Source: a virus (taxonomy: Duplodnaviria > Caudoviricetes). From it: DNA of 64,000 nucleotides. How positions within the stretch are numbered: the stretch's first letter is position 1; each line of letters opens with the position of its first letter. The stretch spans positions 64,001 through 128,000 of the IMG/VR virus record IMGVR_UViG_3300032030_000015. The stretch is one strand, 5' to 3'. This document shows positions 18,074 to 28,043 of the stretch, piece after piece. A model generated the notes under the pieces. It was not told the DNA's origin. It did no database searches and was given only the letters and a program-made list of their open reading frames with translations. The translations under genes were made by a program, and so were the position numbers.

Positions 18074-19642
18074 GTTGCCAGCCTTGGCCTTCTGCTTTGG
18101 TTCAGGCGTGGGGGCACAGAACTGGCGCCACTCTCACCTGTGGTCGGGGTCTGCCCGTCGCCTGTATGGTTATCGTCGATGTCTGCAAACTCTATCAGCG
18201 GCATGTCGTTGGTGTCGGTGGATGGGGTAGGGGCCTCTTCCATAAGATCGTCGGTCTCCTCGATGTCGGGCGCGCTGCCGCTCTTCACGGCTGCCTCGCG
18301 CTGTGCCACGATGACGGCATACTCCTCGCGGGTCCGCACCTGCTTCACCTCGACGTTCACGATGTCCGCCGTGTGCGCCAGGTTCTTCGTGACATGCAGG
18401 TAGTAGTTGTCGCCGATGCGAAGCTCGAATCGCTCGGCAATCTGTCGGCAGATGCTGGACGAGCACACCTGCAGCAGGTCGCTCGTGCGGCTCGTGGCAC
18501 GGGTGACGTTCGAGCCCTCGGCATTGTTGAACACCAGGAACTGACAGCCCTTGCGGTCGGCGTAGATGTAGCACTTCGTCAGCCCTGCCCGTCGCACGAT
18601 GTCAGACAGCACGGCATTGAGCGTGATGCGCTTCTCCGTCGTCTTGTAGTGCAGCGTTGCGTCGTGCTCGCCTAACCTCGGGGCCGTCGGGATTTCGGTC
18701 GTGTTTTCGGTCGTGTCGACGGTCGTAGGCTCGGCGGTTGCAGATGCTGCCTTGCGCTGCTCGTCGGCCTGACGCTCTGCTTCCTTCTTGCGTCGTACTT
18801 TCTTCATCGAGAGCCTTCTTCTCCTGTTCCAGCCGCTGCACCTCGGCCTCGCGCTCGGCTATTTCAATCTCCAGCCGACGCTGTTCCTCCTCTTTCCGCT
18901 GTGCCTCCTCGGCAGCGGCCAGCAGCTCCGTCTGACAGGTCTTGCAATACTCCTGCAGACCGTCATCGGATGTGTCGCTGGCATAAAACTCCGAGCGGAG
19001 TTTGCGCTTGCCGCAGTGGCCGCACACCTTTGTGGTCTTATTCAGGTTTGCCTGTCCCTCGGCTATCTGCTGGCGGGCGGTCTCGTAGCGGGCGTTCGTA
19101 ATTTCCTTGCCCGTCGGCTCTGCTATAGGCTCCTGTGCCGACAGCCGCTCCAGCTTCGCCTGCTTCTCGGCAATCTCCTTCTCCAACTGCTTGATGGCTT
19201 TGGCCTGCTTCTCGGCCTCCTTCTCAGCCTTCTCGCGCTCCTTCTTCTCCTTGTCCCACTTGCCGCCCTCGCACTCACGGCAGTGCTTGTGCAGCGCGCC
19301 ATTCGACTTCGTGGCAAAGGCCGTCCTGGGCAGCACCCGCTGGCAGTGGGGACAGTACACCTGCGCCTCGTCGGCAGTCAGTATGCCCGTGTTGCGGAAC
19401 TCGGTCAGCTTCGCCTGCCACTTCTGGTCGATATCCTTCCAGTACTTGAAGCCGAAGATGGTATTGCCCGCACCCGTGAAGTCGAAGGCCGACAGTATCA
19501 CGTCCTCTGCCGCCACCTCGTCGAGGTAGGTGTCGAGGTCGCGCTTGTCGAACCGGTGCGAGCGGTACAGGTACTCGAAGTTGTTCATCACACCCTTTCC
19601 CTGCATGAACTTCGTAAACAGCGTCGTCTCGTCGTAGGTCAT
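18070..19642 (-). CDS. Zn-finger/coiled-coil protein, apparently split by a +1 frameshift near 18800
   Basis: Two CxxC...CxxC modules; ORFs 18602-19642 and 18070-18807 join as ...ALDEE-VRRKKEAERQ if one A is removed. Confidence 0.6.
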
Positions 19643-19647
19643 ATTTC

Positions 19648-20372
19648 TTAGTCTTTATGGTCTTTCTTCTCCTGCCGTGCCTCGATGCGATCCACCTTGC
19701 GGCGGTAGGTAGCGCAGCGCTCCTTCATGTATTCCCACAGGCGGTCTGATTCGTCCATCCACATCTGGGCGTGCCAGTCCTTTGAGTGGCTCAGGTTGTC
19801 GCCCGTCAGCTTCTGAGCCAGTTCGCGGGCGGCCTCTATCTCCTTGAACTTCTCCAGTTTGATGCCGATGTTGTTGCGCTGCAGCAGTTCGTTGATGTCG
19901 GCCACGGTGAAGTCTATCATGTCCATTACGAACGACAGCCCCGCCAGCAGTTCCTGCCAGTGGTCGTACTCGCGGCGGTCCTTCTGCCTGAGCAGGTTGC
20001 TGATGCCACGGATGCTCTTGCGCTTCTCCATCTCCAGCATCCACAGGCGGTCAACTTCCTGGTTCTCCATGTGGCGCATCTTCGTCTGTACAAGGTTGAT
20101 TTTCACGAAGTCATGCCGACGGTCCAGCCGCAGAAACTCGTCCTGCAGCTTCTTGTATTCCCTGTTGCCGTTCATCAGGTTCATCTTCGCCTGACGCTGT
20201 ATGGCTTCCGCGTCGATGCCGTACTCAATCGGCTCCACCTCTTGTCCTGTCTCTTTGTTGATCATACTCACGTTCTCCTTGTTGTTTACGAATACCACAC
20301 GTCCGTCGGGGTGGTGGTCACTGTCTCGTTGTTCTGTTCGTTGGCTTGCGCCTTAATTTCTTGTTCGTTCAT
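19648..20372 (-). CDS. hypothetical helical protein (possible frameshift near 20308)
   Basis: 216-aa ORF 19648-20298; upstream 28-aa ORF from ATG 20372 joins it if CCCC were C5. Confidence 0.6.
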
Positions 20373-20391
20373 AATTTATCGCCTTTATACT

Positions 20392-20904
20392 CTATTTATC
20401 ATAACAGTGATTATCGTAAATTTCTTCAGTCGTGGATTCCTTGCCGTCGTCGGCAGCTTTCTGCTCGCGCTCACGCATCTTGCGGCGGATGTCCTTGTCC
20501 TGTTGGCGCCGTCGGCGTTCCTCGACGATGTGGTTGTAGAACTCCATGTCGGGTGGCGGTTCCTGCTTGGCCATCCTGACCAGTTCGCGGGCGGCCTTGC
20601 GCTGCTCGTCGGTCAGCTCGCCTCCGAACATGTTGCCTGCCGAGCCTTTGCCCGACGCTTTGTTGCCGGACGTTCCATTGCCGGATGAACTGCTGCTGTC
20701 AGACGAGCCGAGCATCAACGTCAGGCGGCGCTTGCGCTCGGCCATGCGCTCCGCCCACTGCTTCACCTTCTCCAGTTCCTTCTTGCAGGCCTTCCAGTAG
20801 GCATGCCGGCCTGCATTGCGGCTCGCTCCCCGGTATATCCACACCACCTTGCCAGTCAGGCACGACCGCTTGATGATGGTCACCAGTTTCCTGTGCTTGG
20901 TCAT
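20392..20904 (-). CDS. basic hypothetical protein
   Basis: 170-aa ORF, ATGA-coupled to the primase gene. Confidence 0.65.
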   Translation of the reverse strand: MTKHRKLVTIIKRSCLTGKVVWIYRGASRNAGRHAYWKACKKELEKVKQWAERMAERKRRLTLMLGSSDSSSSSGNGTSGNKASGKGSAGNMFGGELTDEQRKAARELVRMAKQEPPPDMEFYNHIVEERRRRQQDKDIRRKMREREQKAADDGKESTTEEIYDNHCYDK

Positions 20905-23900
20905 TGCTCACCTCCTTCCTCCGGATCTTTCTCCGGTGCTGCCTGCACATACCCCTCCTCATACTCCTTGCCGGCGGTATAGGGCTTGGTGGGCACGCCG
21001 CCGGGACGGTTGCGGTAGAAGTAATGCACGAAGGTGTGCTGGGCAGAGAGTTCGCGGGGCACGCGCTCGCCGGTCGATACCTCGTGGCGGTACTTGTTCT
21101 TCTCCATGCGCTCCACGGGCTTGCCCTGCTGGTCGAGCACGGTGAGCCAGGCACGGGTCTGGCGCCCGCCGCGACGACGGTACGACGCCGTGTTCAGCAC
21201 CACGTCGGGATCCATCACGATGCCCATGCGGTTCAGGCAGGGTTTGAGATACTTCGCTATGCGCTTCTTCGCCTTCTCGATGGTGTCCCAGGTGACGCCC
21301 TCGCCCTCTGCGTCCAATAATGATATCGCCATCTCCTGCGGCGGTATCGGCTGTCCGATGTGAGGGTTGTCGGGCGTGTCCTCGAAGTACTGCACCAGCC
21401 AGTCGGTCAGCCCCGAGTCCTTAGTCATGGCGTAGAGTTCGCGGCGCAGGCTACGGCTCTCCGTCGGCGGCAGGATAGTCTCGTTGGGGTGCTGCAGGTA
21501 GAACTGCGCCATCGCCAGCAGCATGTTCTGCAGCTCGTTCAGCAGGTGTGCCGGCAGGTTACGCGCCACCTCTGCCACGCCGTACTTCTCCAGGAAGTCG
21601 TCCTTCGGGGCATGGTCGAGCCATCGCCCGTCGTCGGTGGCGGCGTGGTAGTAGTCCGAGGTGAAGCAGGGATAGATGCGCCCCTTGGTGGAGCCTGCCG
21701 AGCGGTCGAAGGGCTTGTTCGAGGTGATGAACACCTTGGGCACCTCGTCGCCGGTCAGCGTGACGGGCTGGTGATACAGCGTCTTGCACACCAGTTTCGT
21801 GCCGATGTTGTACAGGTCCTCGACGTTGAAGTTGTCGGGCATCTCGTCCATGCAGACCAGCGTGTGCAGGTGGGCTATGACGTAGCCGAACAGCACCTCC
21901 ATCGAGATGTTCTTCATCGACTTGCCCGCGATGTTGGCCGACGAGGGCCTGACGGTGGCCATCATGTCGATGTGTATGCTTTTTCCGTTGCGTCCGCTGG
22001 CCTTCTGCTCGTCGGTCACGCTGTAGTCGGTCATGTGGACGGTCAGCTGCCGTGCCAGGCTGCGGTGCCGGGTGATGCTGTAGCCGATGGCGTGGCAGTG
22101 GTTGATGAAGTGCATGTCCTGCATCTGCCGCTCGATGGCCGTCAGCTTCTCGCCGAACGACTCCTTCTCCCAGAAGATGCGGCACGTGTTGTACTCGAAC
22201 TGGAAGTGCATCGGCATCTCCTCCAGGGGCTTGTCCATGACGAGCCGGAACTTCCACAGTTCCTCCCACTGCTTCCACCGCAGGTTCTCGGCGGCACGCA
22301 TGGCGGGCGTGGTGCATTGCTTCGATATCTCCTCGTGGCGCTTCCGCTCGGTCTCGTACTTCGGGTTGACGACGATGCGCCACGGCTGCTGCTGCACATG
22401 GAACTCGCCCGGCATGATGGCTTCCTCGTTGGTCACCCACGGCAGCCGGTCGTAGGGCACCTCGCGGATCTCGTCCTTCGTCACGCGGACGGCGGTGTTT
22501 TGGAAGAAGAAGTGGTCGAAGTCCTCGCCCCACGAGTGCTCGTTGATGGGTGCCGGCGGCATGGTGTTCATCGTCCGGGCATCGAGTCCCTTGCCGGTGA
22601 AGATGGTGTTCACCAAATTGGCCTTGAACTGCGACGGGTCGTCCCTGCGCTCGTCCTGGTCGGCATACTCTGCATCGTTGCCGAAGTGGGCGTCTATCCA
22701 GTCGAGCATCGACGTGCGGCAGACCGACTCCAGCTGGTTGCCCGTGCGGCTCGTGTCGAGATAGCGATAGGTATTATTGTGCGAGAGCTGATAGAACGCC
22801 CGCTGGCCGCGCTCGTCCTGATGGCAGCGGATGCCCTTCGCGTCGAGGAACTGCAGCAGGTTCGCCACGCTCAGCACGTAGCGCACGTTGTGCTCCTTCT
22901 CGTCCTTGTCGTTCTTCTTCGACGTGTGTTTGTCAATCCAGAACTGCATCGTCAGCGCGTTCTTCAGCATCCGCATCAGTGCCTCCGAGGGGTTCGCCTT
23001 CCGCAAGTCCGGCGCAAACAGTTTCTGTATCTGCGAGAAGTGCGTCACGAAGTCCGTCACGTCCTTGTAGGGCTTCGCCTTGGTTTCCACCTCCCCCATC
23101 TCCTTCGGCAACCGTACCCAATGCACCCTGGCATTCTCCAGAGCGATGCTGGCACTGCAGGCCTGACCCGTTGCGTCGATGTCGTAGCATACATATATAT
23201 CTACCGCCACCTGAGCCATCCGCATCAGCAGCACACGCAGCCATTCCTCGACCACGCCGTCCTTGATGCCCGCCAACTCATTGTGCAGCCACAGCACATG
23301 AGCGTCCGTCGCCGCCCACATCTGCATCGCATCGCGAGGCCCTGAGCACAGCACCAGCCGCTTCATCTTCGCCTTCACGGGGTTCTTGTCGCTGTCGCGC
23401 TCTGTCACCACGAGCGGGTGCCGCCTGTCCTTCAGCGCGTCGGCAAACCACGGAGCGGCTGCCGCTTCTCCGGCTGCGGTCCTGTGCTCGGCGGTTCTGC
23501 CGCCGATGGCTTCCATCGCCGCCATCGCCACATGGTCGCCGTACAGCCGTGTGGCCACGTCGCCCTTCTTATACCACGCCCATTTCGTCGTCTTGCTTCT
23601 CGGCTCGTATTTCTTCGTGCCCCATTCATACGGCATCGCGAATATCGGGTACGTCAGCCTGTCGTGAATCTCCAGCGAGCACTTGCCGCCCTGCTTGGCT
23701 TTTACAGGCGAGGTGATGAACACATCGACTGGGTACGTCTGGAACTCCCGCTCGATCGTCTCGCCCCACTCCTGGGCAGTCTTGGCCTCTCCCCTGCCCC
23801 GCCAGAACTCGCGGTCGATTGAGCAGCGGTACAGCGGCACCGGCTTCCCGTCGCCCTCACTGTGCTCGGCGGTTTTGCCGCCGAGGTCGGGCTCTTTATA

Positions 23901-24398
23901 CATCACCACCTGCTCGCCGTCCTCACCTGCCTTGGTCGCGTTCTTCACCGTGAAGCCCAGCGCTCTCAGATGATATATCGTCCACTTCGTCACGGTGAAC
24001 TCACACTCCTGCGGGTCTATCGCCTTCGTCCGTTCCTCCGGACTCGTCGGCGCCACGTCCTTCACCTCCACGTCGTGCTCGTCCACCAGCCGCTGGCACA
24101 CCTTCTGCATCTGCTCCGTCGTCAGGTTGCTCCAGTCGTAGCCCATCAGCGCCGCCTGCAGCGCCACGGCCCCGTAGCCCTTCTTGTCGCACCCGAAGCA
24201 TCCCCAGCCCGGCGCATCGTGTCCGTCGCCCGCCTTCTGCTCCACGCTGAACGACGGCTTGTGGTCGGGATGTCCTCCCAACGGACAACGATACACCGCC
24301 CGGCCGCTCCTCGGCAGGTTCTCCGGCTCATATCCATTCGCCCGCATCACTTCCACGAGCGAAATGTTCCTCAGTATCTGTAGGCTCTCTTCAGTCAC
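20901..24398 (-). CDS. DNA primase-helicase (CHC2 Zn finger, TOPRIM-like, P-loop NTPase)
   Basis: CPLGGHPDHKPSF...CFGC; CSGPRDAM and YDID toprim-like motifs; SGRNGKS Walker A; CMDE Walker B; ITSN. Confidence 0.8.
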   Translation of the reverse strand: MTEESLQILRNISLVEVMRANGYEPENLPRSGRAVYRCPLGGHPDHKPSFSVEQKAGDGHDAPGWGCFGCDKKGYGAVALQAALMGYDWSNLTTEQMQKVCQRLVDEHDVEVKDVAPTSPEERTKAIDPQECEFTVTKWTIYHLRALGFTVKNATKAGEDGEQVVMYKEPDLGGKTAEHSEGDGKPVPLYRCSIDREFWRGRGEAKTAQEWGETIEREFQTYPVDVFITSPVKAKQGGKCSLEIHDRLTYPIFAMPYEWGTKKYEPRSKTTKWAWYKKGDVATRLYGDHVAMAAMEAIGGRTAEHRTAAGEAAAAPWFADALKDRRHPLVVTERDSDKNPVKAKMKRLVLCSGPRDAMQMWAATDAHVLWLHNELAGIKDGVVEEWLRVLLMRMAQVAVDIYVCYDIDATGQACSASIALENARVHWVRLPKEMGEVETKAKPYKDVTDFVTHFSQIQKLFAPDLRKANPSEALMRMLKNALTMQFWIDKHTSKKNDKDEKEHNVRYVLSVANLLQFLDAKGIRCHQDERGQRAFYQLSHNNTYRYLDTSRTGNQLESVCRTSMLDWIDAHFGNDAEYADQDERRDDPSQFKANLVNTIFTGKGLDARTMNTMPPAPINEHSWGEDFDHFFFQNTAVRVTKDEIREVPYDRLPWVTNEEAIMPGEFHVQQQPWRIVVNPKYETERKRHEEISKQCTTPAMRAAENLRWKQWEELWKFRLVMDKPLEEMPMHFQFEYNTCRIFWEKESFGEKLTAIERQMQDMHFINHCHAIGYSITRHRSLARQLTVHMTDYSVTDEQKASGRNGKSIHIDMMATVRPSSANIAGKSMKNISMEVLFGYVIAHLHTLVCMDEMPDNFNVEDLYNIGTKLVCKTLYHQPVTLTGDEVPKVFITSNKPFDRSAGSTKGRIYPCFTSDYYHAATDDGRWLDHAPKDDFLEKYGVAEVARNLPAHLLNELQNMLLAMAQFYLQHPNETILPPTESRSLRRELYAMTKDSGLTDWLVQYFEDTPDNPHIGQPIPPQEMAISLLDAEGEGVTWDTIEKAKKRIAKYLKPCLNRMGIVMDPDVVLNTASYRRRGGRQTRAWLTVLDQQGKPVERMEKNKYRHEVSTGERVPRELSAQHTFVHYFYRNRPGGVPTKPYTAGKEYEEGYVQAAPEKDPEEGGEQ

Positions 24399-24422
24399 GA
24401 ATTTTGTTCTTAGTAGTAGGGA

Positions 24423-25511
24423 CTATTTCGCCCCGATTGTAAATACGACGCGGCGGCTGAGTTCGCCCTCGAAGCCACGGCGGTCCAGTTCCTCCATCAG
24501 TTCCTCGTCGGTGAATGTGCTGAACGGTTCGGGTGTGAACGTCTCACTGACGGGCTGCTGCTCGGTGACCGTCGATGGTGTTGGGTCGTCGGTGACGGCG
24601 ACCTGCACTGCTGCCGACGGCTTGACTACCGTCTTCTTTGCTCTCGGCTTCGGCTGCTGCTGAGCGTCCTGCTTCTGCTTCAGACGGTCGGCGAAGGTGC
24701 TGACGTCATCGGGATATTGCCAGTAGAAGCCGCCAGCCTTCTGCAGCCGCTTGATGGCACGGTCGAGATTCTTCACTCCTACTGTACGGCATCCTTCTGT
24801 GCAGCTGTCGTAAGTCTTCACTACCTGCAGCGTCTCGGGGTCTATCTGGCAAATCTGCCGTGGCTGCTTGCCACTTGGCTTCTTCTCTTTCTCCATATTC
24901 GTTTCGTTGTTTTCGGGTTTGTCGTTCATGATGCGGGCCGACTGTTTCATCAGCGCGTCGGCCACCTGCTTCTTGTCGTCGTAGTCGATGCCCTTCAGCG
25001 GGTCGGCATCGTTGTCAGGGGTAGCCGTCGGCTCTCCGGTTGCCGTGGCTTTGTTGTCCTCGTCCGCCATCGCCCGTCGTGGCAGTGCGGTCACGGGGTC
25101 GATATCGAGGTCGGTCTCTTCCTCGTCCGTCGGCTCTTCAGGCTCAGGCATCGGCATTCCCTGCTGTGAGGCCATGATGCGCTGGCGCTCCTTCTCCAGC
25201 TCGTCGGCTGGCAGGTGGATGAGCCGCGTCACGTCCTCAGTCTTGAAGTCGGGCTTGGGGTTGTACTTCGGCTCGGCGAAGTTGGCCCATGTCAGCACGT
25301 GTATCATCACCGAGGCTGACTTCACCTTGTCGCTCTCCACCACGCGGGTCTCGGCCAGCGCCAGTGCCAGCACGTCCTTCGTGTACCACGAGCACGGCTT
25401 GTTCGTGGGCAGCGTGAACCACGCCCTGCGGAATGCGTCGCGGGTCTTCACGTAGAGCTGCCGGTTCTGCTCCTGCTGGCTCCATCCGTCGTATGCTTGT
25501 CGTAAGTTCAT
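24423..25511 (-). CDS. hypothetical protein with NUMOD1-like DNA-binding motif
   Basis: ICQIDPETLQVVKTYDSCTE...AGGFYWQY; start uncertain (25511 or 25544). Confidence 0.6.
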   Translation of the reverse strand: MNLRQAYDGWSQQEQNRQLYVKTRDAFRRAWFTLPTNKPCSWYTKDVLALALAETRVVESDKVKSASVMIHVLTWANFAEPKYNPKPDFKTEDVTRLIHLPADELEKERQRIMASQQGMPMPEPEEPTDEEETDLDIDPVTALPRRAMADEDNKATATGEPTATPDNDADPLKGIDYDDKKQVADALMKQSARIMNDKPENNETNMEKEKKPSGKQPRQICQIDPETLQVVKTYDSCTEGCRTVGVKNLDRAIKRLQKAGGFYWQYPDDVSTFADRLKQKQDAQQQPKPRAKKTVVKPSAAVQVAVTDDPTPSTVTEQQPVSETFTPEPFSTFTDEELMEELDRRGFEGELSRRVVFTIGAK

Positions 25512-25540
25512 ATCTTCTCTTATATATAATTTTTTGATTG

Positions 25541-26053
25541 TCATTCATCCAACTCCAGCGGATAGCCCTCCTCGAAGTCCTCGTCGTCAGGGTCGGCATC
25601 CCGATTGTAGTCATCGCCCTGCTGCCGTCTGTTCCTGCGCCTTGCGGCGTCGCGGTCGCGCTGCTTCCAGTCGAGCGTGCAGCCCACGTTCCAGAAGTGG
25701 CGATGCGTCTTCTTCGACGGCTCCCAGCGCACGAAGCCGCGTGTGCCGTGCAGCGTCATCTGCTCCTCGGTGTCGCTGATGCCCTGGTCGCGGATGGCAG
25801 GGCACATGAACCCCAGCACACCCATGTCCACCGAGAAGCCGTACTGCACGCGGTTCAGGATTTCGTCGGCAAACTGCTCGAAGACGACCGCCGCCATGCG
25901 CGGGTCAAGCAGCGTCCGCCGCCCTACGCGCTCGGCTATGTAGGCCAGGTCTACCGTGTCCAGCGTCTGCACGCGGAACGTCCAGCCCATCTTCCCCGTC
26001 TTCGGGTTGCGGATGCGCACCTTATGCACTGGTATGTCGTTCTTCCTTGACAT
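25541..26053 (-). CDS. HU/IHF-like DNA-binding protein (Bacteroidota long type)
   Basis: NPKTG arm; VDLAYIAERV...GFSVDMGVLGFMCP pattern. Confidence 0.6.
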   Translation of the reverse strand: MSRKNDIPVHKVRIRNPKTGKMGWTFRVQTLDTVDLAYIAERVGRRTLLDPRMAAVVFEQFADEILNRVQYGFSVDMGVLGFMCPAIRDQGISDTEEQMTLHGTRGFVRWEPSKKTHRHFWNVGCTLDWKQRDRDAARRRNRRQQGDDYNRDADPDDEDFEEGYPLELDE

Positions 26054-26059
26054 CGTTTG

Positions 26060-26305
26060 TCTGTTCCTTATATCGTTTACCTTCCGGTTCCTTATGTCGT
26101 TTGCCTGCCTGACCCCGTATCGTCCGTCAGTCGGCCTCTCGTATCGTTCGTTTATCGTCCCCCGGTGCTGTTTGCTTTCGCTCCCCGTGGCGTTTGCCTG
26201 CCGAACCCTCGCTTCGGTCGCCTAACACTTGCCCGTCATGGCTCACTTACTCGCCCGTCAGAGGTCAGCCGTTCGACCGTCGTGGGTCAGCCACTCGCCC
26301 GTCAA
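26060..26305. repeat. degenerate ~22-23-bp periodic repeats upstream of the HU-like gene
   Basis: TTCCTTATRTCGTTTRCC x2, periodic CGTTT/CGTATCG units, ACTYGCCCGTCA x3. Confidence 0.55.
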
Positions 26306-26336
26306 ATTCCGGCTTTCAATAGTGCGGAGCATCTTC

Positions 26337-27560
26337 TCATTTCGGCAACTTGTGCCTGAGCGCCTTCCAGTCGGGCTTCTCGGGCGTCTTCGCCTTGAAG
26401 TTGTAGATGGGCTTGATGACGTCGATGACGTCCACCGTCGGGCCGATCTGCTCGACGATTTCCTGCATGGGCTTGTACACCATGGGGCTCTCGTCGATGG
26501 TCTCGGCGCAGACGCTGGTAGAGTAGATGCCGTCCATCGTGCGCTCGAAGTCCTCCAGGCTGATGCTCTGCTGGGCCTGCTTGCGCGACATGAGGCGGCC
26601 TGCGCCGTGGGGTGCGGAGTAGAGCCAGTCGATGTTTCCCTTGCCTCGGCAGAGCAGCGAGCCGTCGCGCATGTTCATCGGGATGATGAGCCGCTCGCCG
26701 TTGAGCGCCCTCACGGCCCCCTTGCGCAGGATGCGGTGCTTGATGTCGATGTAGTTGTGGATGGTCGTGAAGTTGTAGGGGCTCGGGAACATCCACCCCA
26801 TCGCGTCGCAGATAATCCTGGCCATCGTGTGGCGGTTGTCCTCGGCATAGAGCTGGCACAACTGCATGTCCTTGAGGTAGTGCTCGGCATCCATGCCCTC
26901 GATGAAGGCCAGGTCTTTCGGCACCCGCTTAGCCTTCTGCTTCGCCTCGCGGATGGTGTCTGCTATCTCCTTCTGTCGGCCCTCAGCCTTCAGCCGGGCT
27001 ATAATCTCCTTCTCGTCGTAACCCAGCCCACGGCACAGATATTCCTCTGCCCGCCGCTGCCAGTATTCGCAGACGCGCTTGCCGAGATTACGGCTGCCTG
27101 AGTGGATGACCAGGTACTTCGTGCCGTCGCTGCCCTCGTCCACCTCGATGAAGTGGTTGCCGCCGCCCAGCGTTCCGATGCTGCGCTGCGCCAAGTCTTC
27201 GTCGATGGCCTCGCGGCAATAGAGGCGGTCCAGAAACGGCACGTCCGTCACCGGCTTCTCGTGGACGTTGAAGCCGCTGGGAATCTCGTTGTTCACCACG
27301 CGGTCGAGTTCTTCGAGGTTGATGTCCGTCTTCCCGAGGTTCACCACCAGCATGCCGCAGCCGATGTCCACGCCAACCGTGTTCGGCACGATGCGGTCTT
27401 TTAGCGCAATCACCGTCCCGATGGTGCAGCCCGCCCCGGCGTGGCAGTCGGGCATAATCCTCACGGTGCAATCCTTGTAGGCATCGCACTCGCTCATTTC
27501 CTTAATCTGCCTCTCCGCCGTCTCCTCCAGCGTGGCAGCGTAAATCTTCAGTTTCTCCAT
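26337..27560 (-). CDS. rtcB: RtcB RNA ligase (2',3'-cyclic phosphate to 5'-OH)
   Basis: MPDCHAG, VGVDIGCG, GTLGGGNHFIE, HSGSR, HNY, RKGA, SAPHGAGR and DESP..YK motifs; start MEKLKIYA. Confidence 0.95.
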   Translation of the reverse strand: MEKLKIYAATLEETAERQIKEMSECDAYKDCTVRIMPDCHAGAGCTIGTVIALKDRIVPNTVGVDIGCGMLVVNLGKTDINLEELDRVVNNEIPSGFNVHEKPVTDVPFLDRLYCREAIDEDLAQRSIGTLGGGNHFIEVDEGSDGTKYLVIHSGSRNLGKRVCEYWQRRAEEYLCRGLGYDEKEIIARLKAEGRQKEIADTIREAKQKAKRVPKDLAFIEGMDAEHYLKDMQLCQLYAEDNRHTMARIICDAMGWMFPSPYNFTTIHNYIDIKHRILRKGAVRALNGERLIIPMNMRDGSLLCRGKGNIDWLYSAPHGAGRLMSRKQAQQSISLEDFERTMDGIYSTSVCAETIDESPMVYKPMQEIVEQIGPTVDVIDVIKPIYNFKAKTPEKPDWKALRHKLPK

Positions 27561-27767
27561 ATTGTATGTTGTTAAAAGAGACACAGGCCCGGCGGCGTCG
27601 GATGATGTCAGCGACAAGGACGATAGCCAGAGCAAGAACCGATGCCACACTCAGCAAGAGCAAGGTCATTTCCGGCGGGCGACGGCCCGCAGGCCCCGAG
27701 GGGAGAGTGTCGTGCGGCATCGTCAGCGTTTGTTGGTTTTGATTAAGTAAATCCGCGAAAGGGATTC

Positions 27768-27824
27768 GTGTCTACCAATTCCACCACTTGACCACTGGGG
27801 CCAAGACAGGACTCGAACCTGCAC
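27768..27824 (-). ncRNA. permuted tRNA-like domain 2
   Basis: T-arm GCAGG-UUCGAGU-CCUGU; acceptor CUUGGCC-ccagu-GGUCAAG; UG; D-arm GUG-GAAUUGGUAGA-CAC. Confidence 0.8.
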
Positions 27825-27830
27825 ACTGTC

Positions 27831-27914
27831 ATCAAACGTTCTAACCAGCTGAACTACTTGTGTAAGCACCACAAGGTGGGAGTCGAACCCACGACCTTCT
27901 GAATGTCGTTTGAT
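27831..27914 (-). ncRNA. permuted tRNA-like domain 1
   Basis: Closing stem AUCAAAC/GUUUGAU; T-arm GUGGG-UUCGACU-CCCAC; acceptor CUUGUG-gugcuua-CACAAG; UA; D-arm GUUC-AGCUGGUUA-GAAC. Confidence 0.82.
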
Positions 27915-28043
27915 ACTTGCCAATAGCCCGTAAATGTTGGCACGTGCTACAGAACAAGACCACCTTCCGCTGCCGGTGCGCCGCAGTTTCGCAGTAGATA
28001 CCTTCAGTCTGCGGCTACCTGTGTCTCAATATGTCATAGAACT

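Larger units (their letters stand above)
27578..28027 (-). ncRNA. putative ~450-nt structured ncRNA with two circularly permuted tRNA-like (YrlA/Y-RNA-like) domains
   Basis: Terminal stem GAGACACAGG/CCUGUGUCUC; two T-arm, loop-closed acceptor, D-arm modules; occupies the gap between the coiled-coil gene and rtcB. Confidence 0.8.

Noticed and set aside
27561-27650. N-terminal signal-like extension of RtcB in the ORF track
   Set aside because: Lies inside the ncRNA stem; the A-rich leader and RtcB homology start at ATG 27560
27768-27914. Canonical tRNA genes
   Set aside because: Arms are in permuted order (T before D), the acceptor is loop-closed, and there is no anticodon arm or CCA; reading D-arm 1 to T-arm 2 as one tRNA gives no proper anticodon stem
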